Shown here piece by piece: positions 8,437 through 14,753 of a DNA stretch of 32,000 bases (the stretch's first letter is position 1; each line of letters opens with the position of its first letter). The notes below the pieces were generated by a model. The model did not search any database and had not been told where the DNA came from. It saw only the letters and a program-made list of their open reading frames with translations. The DNA comes from Gilvimarinus chinensis DSM 19667. Lineage in GTDB: Bacteria; Pseudomonadota; Gammaproteobacteria; Pseudomonadales; Cellvibrionaceae. The DNA lies in the NCBI RefSeq assembly GCF_000377745.1, contig NZ_KB898707.1, forward strand, positions 66,718 to 98,717. The letters are read 5' to 3'. The position numbers and the translations under genes were made by a program.

Positions 8437-9417
8437 TTAATAGTAACGTCTCTCTATCTGAGATCCGTTAAAAGTGCCCAATATTTCTGTTTCCACACGG
8501 TCAGATCGTTTTTTTCGTCGCACACGCGCATCAAAGTCTTTAATAGGCGTACTGGTAAGTGGTTGATTTTGCAAGATAATAATAGGCATTACGGCAGTAA
8601 CTGTTTGCGTGGTGTTACGCATCAGGTTGGCCACAGGTTGTACCCGCACATCCCGCCTAAGTCTTAATTGTTCCGGTGGTACGGGGCCAATACTTTCTAT
8701 GAGTTGCTTTAGCGGGAGTCCCGCTATCTCGTCACGGTTTAAAGCCTCCGCTTCAATTCGCTCTATCAGTTGTTGTTTGCCCTTCAAGTCCAGTTTGCTC
8801 AGAAGCTGCTTTCTTTCCCAACTGAACCCCAGGTTGCGAATATCTTCGCTCATAAAACACTTAATTGTTCGGTATAGATGGACTGTCATTATGCTGCTGC
8901 GAACCTCGCGAAGCGCTTTGAAGCGAGCTTGCCGGGAGGGTAGGGCGGTTATTTTTTGCCGTAGAGAGACTTTGTGCTGGTTAATGTTATCTACGCAATT
9001 GAGAAGCTTCTGAAGCTGATCGTTAGGGGTGTTGTGCGGTTGGATCCAAATCACTCCCACACGTCTTCTGGCGATTTTTTGGGATAGACCTTTCTTGATA
9101 TAGAGGTCCTGGAAGCTTCGGATGGCCTCTTCAATGGCGTCGTGGGCATGAACTGTTTCACCCGTAATCCTACTTACTGGGCTATCTTCCTGGCCTTTTA
9201 TAGCATCGGGAAGCTTTGTCACAAAAGCACAGCTTGATTCGATGCTTCTGAGCACTTGGGCCAACTGTGTAAGTCCCTCGTCAAGTTTACGAAAATGATC
9301 AGATATATCGCTTTGCGAGGATGACGGAGCAATAAGTTCAAACGGTTTGTCTTTCAATTTATGACTCCTAGAAGCATTTACTCTCGATAATACATCCATT
9401 AGACCAACATGCAACAT
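8437..9417 (-). CDS. tus: Tus-like DNA replication terminus site-binding protein homolog
   Basis: 326 aa, collinear with E. coli Tus as I recall it. The matching blocks (window / Tus) are: VTKLPDAIKGQEDSPVSRI / VFSLPEVKKEDEHNPLNRI; RRVGVIWIQPHN / RLPGVLCYQVDN; LPSRQARF...VHLYRTIK / LPTAARF...LNAYRTLT; LGFSWERKQLLSKL / LRFGWANKHIIKNL; RRDVRVQPVANL / KRPVKVQPIARV; MPIIILQN / TPLIALIN. Offsets stay within 16-28 residues throughout. An alternative start at ATG 9399 (MDVLSRV) would place the Ter-like repeat just upstream. Confidence 0.7.
   Translation of the reverse strand: MLHVGLMDVLSRVNASRSHKLKDKPFELIAPSSSQSDISDHFRKLDEGLTQLAQVLRSIESSCAFVTKLPDAIKGQEDSPVSRITGETVHAHDAIEEAIRSFQDLYIKKGLSQKIARRRVGVIWIQPHNTPNDQLQKLLNCVDNINQHKVSLRQKITALPSRQARFKALREVRSSIMTVHLYRTIKCFMSEDIRNLGFSWERKQLLSKLDLKGKQQLIERIEAEALNRDEIAGLPLKQLIESIGPVPPEQLRLRRDVRVQPVANLMRNTTQTVTAVMPIIILQNQPLTSTPIKDFDARVRRKKRSDRVETEILGTFNGSQIERRYY
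9399..9414 (-). promoter_or_regulatory. Ter-like 16-mer, left arm of inverted pair (reads TTGCATGTTGGTCTAA on the minus strand)
   Basis: Perfect reverse complement of 9513-9528. It contains GCATGTTG, matching G-N-ATGTTG of the E. coli Ter core (GTATGTTGTAACTAA), and CTAA displaced by 1 nt. It abuts or overlaps the start of the tus-like gene. Confidence 0.5.
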
Positions 9418-9512
9418 TGTTTTTAGATGGCAATATCAGTTCTGTTTAACTTTTTAAATGAGATTCGGTAAATGGTTAAACAGAGTGTAGGGTTTTATGT
9501 TATTGCCACCTT

Positions 9513-9528
9513 TTGCATGTTGGTCTAA
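9513..9528 (+). promoter_or_regulatory. Ter-like 16-mer, right arm of inverted pair (TTGCATGTTGGTCTAA)
   Basis: Perfect inverted copy of 9399-9414, with 98 bp between the arms. Nested inner inverted repeats are GGCAATA/TATTGCC and CTGTTTAAC/GTTAAACAG. Confidence 0.5.
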
Positions 9529-9678
9529 AGTTTGGGTTCCAGCGAATAATTCTGCTCGTTGAGAGGATCGTAGCTTCTTAGGTCACCATTAGTTGCCTTG
9601 GGGGTGGCGATATAACTTACGGTGTTTAGGCGTCCCAAGCTCACTCTATTAATATAAATAAAGACTAATATATTGTCC

Positions 9679-9706
9679 TTTAAATCAATAAAATAGCTGG
9701 TATAAT
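9679..9706 (+). promoter_or_regulatory. Candidate sigma70 promoter for hipA (extended -10)
   Basis: TGGTATAAT at 9698-9706 is a TGn extended -10 with a perfect TATAAT. The weak -35 is TTTAAA at 9679-9684. It lies only about 15 nt before ATG 9721, so the mRNA would be near-leaderless or the true start is the downstream Met at 9739. Confidence 0.4.
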
Positions 9707-9720
9707 GTTCTGTAAATTCG

Positions 9721-10995
9721 ATGGCGCCTGAGCTTTATATGCAGAGAAAACCCTACTCGCGGTGTTACGTATTCGCCGTAGACCCTCTTGGCAAAACAAG
9801 CCTTGCTGGGGAGTTAGAAATGATGCGCGCCGGGGGCAGTTTTAAATATAGTGCCTCGTGGCTGGCACGCGTTGATCGCTACGCGCTTGACCCAGAAAAC
9901 TTGCCTTTAGTGCCTGAGAAACAGTATTGCGATAACACGAATGGAGTGTTTCCGGTCTTTTCCGATGCGGGACCCGATGACTGGGGTAACCGGGTTATGT
10001 TGCAGCGGCATGAAAGCCAACCGCGCAATGAGATAGAACGGTTACTACGTACCAGCGGTACTGGTGTGGGTGCATTGCGCTTCTCTTTGTCTCGCACCCG
10101 CCCCAAACCTCCGCCCCCAGCACAAGATATTGCCCTGCTGGAAAGGCTCGCGGTTGCGGCTGAGTCAATTGAAAAGGCCGATGAGCTAAGTCCAGATGAA
10201 TTTAAACTGATTGAGCATGGCTCTTCCATGGGCGGCGCCAGGCCCAAAGCAGTCGTAGCCGATGGTGAGAAAGAGTACATCGTAAAATTCTCTAAGCAAG
10301 GCGACCTGCTACAGGATTTACCTCGGGTGGAATTCGCCACGATGACTTTACTGGCCAAAGCGGGTCTAAACGTCCCCGAGGTTAGAATCCAGAAAATCGG
10401 TGCCGACCGCACTGCGTATCTTATTCGCCGATTCGATGTCGACGCTGGTAAAGTAGTGCGTCATTACTTATCCGCCCACGCTCTTTTCAACAAAGAGCGT
10501 CACAAAAAGTACGCCGATGGTCATAACGACGATCGGGGCTATATCGCCCTCAGCCGAAAAATCCGTAGTCATTGTCAAAACCCCACCCAAGATTGCGGCG
10601 AACTGTTTGATCGCATTGTTGCCAATGTTTTGCTGGGCAATTCCGATGACCACCCCCGCAATCACGGTTTTGTCTACGATCTAGATCATGGCCATTGGAG
10701 CCTGGCGCCACTTTTCGATGTTGTGCCCATACTTTCTTCAATCGCGAAACCTCAAGCTATGACCATTGGAACCGACGGATACGAGCCCTCGGTAGCCAAC
10801 ATACTAAGCTGTGCTCAGGCTTTCGGGCTTACTCAGCAGGACGCGCTTAAACGAATAGCTGGGTTTATTGAGATTATGGCCACCTGGGAGGAACACTACC
10901 AATCTTGCGGCGTTCCTGCCGCTGATATCCGCCAGCTCCATAGGCTAATTGGTACGAGGGTTAAAGAAGCCCGAGAAGCGCTTGAACAAATTTGA
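9721..10995 (+). CDS. hipA: HipA-family serine/threonine kinase toxin (type II TA)
   Basis: 424 aa. The N-terminal coupling region reads SFKYSASWL...LPL...FPVFSDAGPDDWGNRVM. Other motifs are the Gly-rich loop SSMGGARPKAVV, the catalytic loop GNSDDHPRNHGFVY and the Mg-binding LAPLFDVVP. Confidence 0.9.
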   Translation: MAPELYMQRKPYSRCYVFAVDPLGKTSLAGELEMMRAGGSFKYSASWLARVDRYALDPENLPLVPEKQYCDNTNGVFPVFSDAGPDDWGNRVMLQRHESQPRNEIERLLRTSGTGVGALRFSLSRTRPKPPPPAQDIALLERLAVAAESIEKADELSPDEFKLIEHGSSMGGARPKAVVADGEKEYIVKFSKQGDLLQDLPRVEFATMTLLAKAGLNVPEVRIQKIGADRTAYLIRRFDVDAGKVVRHYLSAHALFNKERHKKYADGHNDDRGYIALSRKIRSHCQNPTQDCGELFDRIVANVLLGNSDDHPRNHGFVYDLDHGHWSLAPLFDVVPILSSIAKPQAMTIGTDGYEPSVANILSCAQAFGLTQQDALKRIAGFIEIMATWEEHYQSCGVPAADIRQLHRLIGTRVKEAREALEQI

Positions 10996-11029
10996 TAGTG
11001 AGCTGGATTGCAGTAAAGGTACAAATACC

Positions 11030-11329
11030 ATGGCCGAAAAAAAATACTTAGCCTCACTCAGCGAAGAGGCCCGAAACTCTCTAGAGATACTCGGAGAGAA
11101 CATTGCAATCGCCCGTAAAGCCCGCGGTTGGAGTCAAAAAGAAGCTGCGGAGCGATTTCAGATGAGTAAAACAACTTTGGTCGCCGTAGAGAAAGGCGAC
11201 CCTAAATCAAGCATAGGCTCTTACCTTGCTGCACTCGATATCATGAACCTACTTGATGGTTTAGACAGTATTGCCGCTTCCCATCGCGACCCTATAACGC
11301 GAGCGGCAAAGATCAGCCCAAGACGATAA
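11030..11329 (+). CDS. XRE-family helix-turn-helix protein (putative HipB-like antitoxin/regulator) encoded downstream of hipA
   Basis: ATG 11030 is in frame within track ORF 10949-11329, with AAAGG about 10 nt upstream. The HTH reads IARKARGWSQKEAAERFQMSKTTLVAVEKGDP. It starts 34 nt after the hipA stop. Confidence 0.85.
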   Translation: MAEKKYLASLSEEARNSLEILGENIAIARKARGWSQKEAAERFQMSKTTLVAVEKGDPKSSIGSYLAALDIMNLLDGLDSIAASHRDPITRAAKISPRR

Positions 11330-11396
11330 GTATCGGACAGTACTTGTAGAGTGTGTCCGTTCCATTCCTATTAACTCCATTCCTAGAGCGTTTTCA

Positions 11397-11732
11397 CTAA
11401 AAGCTCATCCTGGATACGGCGTTAATGGCTTCCCAAGCCTTTTCTATCTCCTTGATATCTCCGCTTAGAAGTAAGTCAATGGGGCGTGCGCCACAAAAAG
11501 GTTGGTTGTAATTTTTCATCGTCATAAACCCATCGACATTCTTAGGGTTCTCGAAAAGGCGTTTTAGCGTATCGTCTATCGCGATGATATATTCGCACTT
11601 CATATAATGAAGTTGTGTTTCATGAGTCGCCTCATAACTCGACAGTCCCAGAATCAAATTCTTCTCTGAAGGTCCAATCCCCCAACGGTTCAAAACTTTT
11701 TCTGCGTCCATTATTATTTTATCTCTTATCAT
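11397..11732 (-). CDS. DUF2384 (Xre/MbcA/ParS-type antitoxin toxin-binding domain) protein, no partner toxin
   Basis: 111 aa. The C-terminal FMTMKNYNQPFCGARPIDLLLSGDIKEIEKAWEAINAV fits the DUF2384 pattern (W/F..t.N..lgG.rPidll.s..g...v...l..i). No RES or other toxin ORF lies adjacent on this strand. Confidence 0.6.
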   Translation of the reverse strand: MIRDKIIMDAEKVLNRWGIGPSEKNLILGLSSYEATHETQLHYMKCEYIIAIDDTLKRLFENPKNVDGFMTMKNYNQPFCGARPIDLLLSGDIKEIEKAWEAINAVSRMSF

Positions 11733-12056
11733 TCAATCTCGCCTATTTATGATCAGGTATGAATTAAACTTTTGACAAAGTAGCTCTCTGGACCTGTTAT
11801 TCCAGAGAAGGCTACTTTTAGTGGGGGTGGTAATTATATGGCGTCGGTTTCCTAAGAGGATTATTAATCCTGATTCAGAATCAATCCACCGGACGACCAT
11901 TATAGTATGGTCGTCGTGATAAAATATAATCGCAAGAGTTTTTTCATGAAATTTAAAAAAACGGTGTCAGATCAAAAATTCTTGACTAAACCTTTGACAA
12001 ATCAGCGCCTCTTTTTCAATATCGAAAGTGGACGTGATGACTAACGAGGTAGGCTC

Positions 12057-13238
12057 ATGGATTTGGGGCTTTTTCGAATAGGGGTGGCTCTCAAGCAGTA
12101 CCGAAAAGAGAAAAGCTTAACGCTTTCGGATCTCGCTGAGAAGACCGGGTTGGAGTGTAGCACTTTATCCGCAATCGAAAATGGGCGCTTTGATGGTGAT
12201 ATCGGTGACCTGTTGACTTATATCCACGTTGCTAGTCTTGAGATCACATGTGTCCGCCGAGATCAATCCTTCCCTCAGCTTCATGTTCAGGATAGTTTCA
12301 GAGCAGAGAAGTACCTAAATAATCCTCCCCTTCTGGCGCCTAAAATTCTTACTTCTCCTTGCGCCGATAAGCACTTTATCCACAAAGTTGATACCCAGAC
12401 CATCAAGCAGTACTTGGTCTACATAGAATGCGGCCTTGTGGGAACCATAGAATTCACTACCAAAGGCTTAGTGGTCACCAATCTCTGCCCTCGAGTATCG
12501 AGCGAGTATTCCGAAGGCCGCACTTTACTGAGCGATAATGATGTAAGAAACCAGTTTCGTTTCCCTTTTTTTGGTTCGCTGGACTTGGAGCGTGACTGCC
12601 TGCGTATTGGCTTCGAACTGGACGAGGATGACGTTTTAGCCACTGCGGCCATAACTTTGGAGCCCCTTAATGAGAAACTTCAAGTCCTGGCTAGCGAACA
12701 AGTGGACCTAAAACCTATCTACATACCGTCTTCATTTTCGAAGCAAGAGAGCAGCTCAATAGTTAATGATGTAAAGCCAAGACTTTTGGTACTCGATGTA
12801 GATAATACTTTGCTGAGTACGCATGCCTACGATGCCAACGGTAATCGCACCAGCCGAACCAGCACAGAGCTAGGCGTAAACGCTCAGGCGGCCAGTTACA
12901 ACACTGGAGATCAGTTACAAACTCAGAGCAATACGATTTTCGATAGCATCGGAATATCAGTAGCAACTGAACTTGCCTGGAGAATAAAAGAGACATATAC
13001 AGCTGCCAGTTGCAAATTAAAATGCCAAGCGAAATGCGTTCTCTTGTTTATAGGTGCAAAAGCAACTGGTGATGTAATTAACAATATAGCAGAAAAGACT
13101 GTTAATTCCTTCAAGCTGGAAGCTAAATCGTTAGCGAGGAAATGGTTGCTTAGAGCAATGCCGGGTGTGGGATGGGTAAGCACAGCTTATGCAGCTGGAG
13201 AATCAATAAATTGCCAAATAATATGCTGGGAAATTTAA
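12057..13238 (+). CDS. Chimeric protein: N-terminal XRE HTH, then a HipA-N-terminal-like segment, then an unrelated AT-rich C-terminal part of unknown function
   Basis: GAGG lies 7 nt upstream of ATG 12057. The HTH reads LKQYRKEKSLTLSDLAEKTGLECSTLSAIENG. Residues about 115-200 (LVYIECGLVGTIEF...FRFPFFGSLDLERDCLRIG) resemble the HipA N-subdomain (tentative). No kinase motifs follow. Instead come LLVLDVDNTLL, HAYDANGNRTSRT and a Cys-rich tail. Composition drops to AT-rich after about 12700. Confidence 0.5.
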   Translation: MDLGLFRIGVALKQYRKEKSLTLSDLAEKTGLECSTLSAIENGRFDGDIGDLLTYIHVASLEITCVRRDQSFPQLHVQDSFRAEKYLNNPPLLAPKILTSPCADKHFIHKVDTQTIKQYLVYIECGLVGTIEFTTKGLVVTNLCPRVSSEYSEGRTLLSDNDVRNQFRFPFFGSLDLERDCLRIGFELDEDDVLATAAITLEPLNEKLQVLASEQVDLKPIYIPSSFSKQESSSIVNDVKPRLLVLDVDNTLLSTHAYDANGNRTSRTSTELGVNAQAASYNTGDQLQTQSNTIFDSIGISVATELAWRIKETYTAASCKLKCQAKCVLLFIGAKATGDVINNIAEKTVNSFKLEAKSLARKWLLRAMPGVGWVSTAYAAGESINCQIICWEI

Positions 13239-13558
13239 TTTTGAGAAATTATATTTGGGCTTTTCTAATTTTTATTTTGTTGGTAATTTCCACTATGGCG
13301 AAGGATTTATTGATATGGAATGAAGGTAATAGCTTTATTGAGGCCTTTTCCCATAAAAAAGTTATTCATTATATTGTATATCTTTGGGTATATTCCATTT
13401 GTGCGATAGCTTTGTTCGGCGGTCGTTATATATACCATCAACTTCGGGGTGAAAAGTGCCGTCCTATTCGAAAAATAACTGCTCCCTATATATTTATTTT
13501 GCTCTTTGGTGTAGCGTTTTTTATCACTGATGCTGTGGTAAATCGTTTTTATGGTTGA
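13223..13558 (+). CDS. Small three-TM membrane protein (immunity-like), start overlaps the upstream stop
   Basis: Internal ATG 13223 of track ORF 13172-13558 overlaps the upstream gene by 16 nt (ATGCTGGGAAATTTAA). There are three hydrophobic helices: IWAFLIFILLVISTMA, VIHYIVYLWVYSICAIALFGG and APYIFILLFGVAFFITDAVV. I recognise no family. Confidence 0.5.
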   Translation: MLGNLILRNYIWAFLIFILLVISTMAKDLLIWNEGNSFIEAFSHKKVIHYIVYLWVYSICAIALFGGRYIYHQLRGEKCRPIRKITAPYIFILLFGVAFFITDAVVNRFYG

Positions 13559-13645
13559 GTCGACTGGATCGCTCGGCTTTTAAGCGGGTAGTTGGTTTGG
13601 TACTTACTCGTTTAATATTTCGGAATTCTTGGGGCAAATACCGTT

Positions 13646-13951
13646 TTAAATGGCAAGCCCTTTCGCACCTTTGTTGTCGTCAAATGGCATTCCGCTCTTT
13701 AAGACTCCATAGCTCAAATGAATAAGCTTGCACATGGCGGCACCGATTATCACCATTTTTGACTTTCCTGTTTCTGTAAGCCAGACGTACAGTTCAATTA
13801 TTGAAGGGTTACATTTAATTGCTACCATCGCAGGGAAAAACAGCGATTTCCGAAGTGATGCAGGGCCGACTTTTGACATGCAACCGTATCGGTTAATGGA
13901 GCTTACAGACTGAATTTCCCGGGGTGCTACACCGCAGAATGATGCGAGCAT
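13646..13951 (-). mobile_element. IS110-family transposase, C-terminal stump only
   Basis: 101 aa. LASFCGVAPREIQSVSSINRYGCMSKVGPASLRKSLFFPAMVAIKCNP...GKSKMVIIGAAMCKLIHLSYGVLKSGMPFD matches the IS116/IS110/IS902 C-terminal domain pattern (yaGl.P....SG......iSk.G...lR..L..aA..a.r.np......Gk..kva..AvarKl....y.vlk.g..fd). The N-terminal catalytic domain is absent. Confidence 0.75.
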
Positions 13952-14148
13952 TTGGAATAGGCAGAGGTGGGAGTTCGGAAGCTCTATTAAAATGGATGTG
14001 CCTACGAATATTCGGGGTAATCCGAGTGAGAATAGAGCCGATATAACTGAAATGTATCGTAGTTATAAGTCAGAGATTTGTGAGTGTGATGGATAGAGTT
14101 AAAGTTCTAAGAGGGTCGCTTTTAGGTTTAGGATGAATCCTGATTTCT

Positions 14149-14505
14149 ATGATTTTGTTTACTGCAACCTATGATTCTAGAGAGTATAGTCATATCAAAG
14201 AGGAAACTAAAGTAAGGCTTTATGACCTGGGAAAGGCGCTAGCTCTTTATAGTAGAGATTATGGTCGGTACCCAAGTTCGGAGCAAGGGAGCGGAGAGTT
14301 AGTTGGTTACGAGAAAAGGTATGTCAGGTATCTGATTGATTCCGACGCGTGGGGAAATAGATTTATTTATTTGGAGCCTCCAAAGGCTGATATGCCTTTT
14401 AATTTATATTCAAAAGGTAAAAATCAAACTGATGAACGTGGAGGCGGAGACGATATTAGTTATTGGAAAGTAAAACCTGAACTTGACGAGGCTTTCAGAG
14501 AGTAG
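14149..14505 (+). CDS. GspG-like (type II secretion major pseudopilin) globular domain without prepilin leader; probably a gene remnant
   Basis: LGKALALYSRDYGRYPSSEQG...DAWGNRFIYLEP...FNLYSKGKNQTDERGGGDDISYW fits the T2SS G C-terminal domain pattern (Y..d.G.YP...qGL..L......DpWG..Y.Y......y.l.S.G.Dg......DI.nW). An in-frame TGA lies just upstream, within what looks like the hydrophobic N-terminal helix (RGSLLGLG-stop-ILISMILF). Confidence 0.55.
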   Translation: MILFTATYDSREYSHIKEETKVRLYDLGKALALYSRDYGRYPSSEQGSGELVGYEKRYVRYLIDSDAWGNRFIYLEPPKADMPFNLYSKGKNQTDERGGGDDISYWKVKPELDEAFRE

Positions 14506-14753
14506 AAATAGTAGAATTACAGGATTGGTAGGGTGAGCCTACACTAGTTTACTAGATAGCTCACAGTAAAATAAAGCAGGACAAAAAGAGGTGTTTATGA
14601 GCAAGTAGATTTACCCAGAAGAGATTGAAATAAAGCAACCAAACTGAACACTGTGTAATCTCCCCAGTAATCCACAGCGGTTATTAATAGAAAATTCTAA
14701 TAAAAATAAGATTAAGTCTCCCCGTCAAGTAGACAATCCATAATTAGAATATT

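Noticed and set aside
9995-10005. TTATGTTGCAG inside hipA resembles the Ter core TATGTTGTAAC.
   Set aside because: Only the TATGTTG heptamer matches. There is no CTAA part and no similarity to the 16-mer repeated at 9399/9513. It is probably chance.
10949-11029. Upstream extension of the HTH ORF (track start 10949) overlapping the end of hipA by 47 nt.
   Set aside because: The extension (MVRGLKKPEKRLNKFDSELDCSKGTNT) adds no domain. ATG 11030 has a Shine-Dalgarno-like AAAGG and gives a normal-size XRE protein.
12760-12900. Calling the 12057-13238 product an Rhs toxin because of HAYDANGNRTSRT, or a HAD phosphatase because of LLVLDVDNTLL and GDVINNI.
   Set aside because: The two motif readings overlap and conflict. 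There is no PxxxxDPxGL Rhs boundary motif, only one or two YD-like units, and no clear HAD motifs II or III. The region is kept as unknown and flagged for profile searches.
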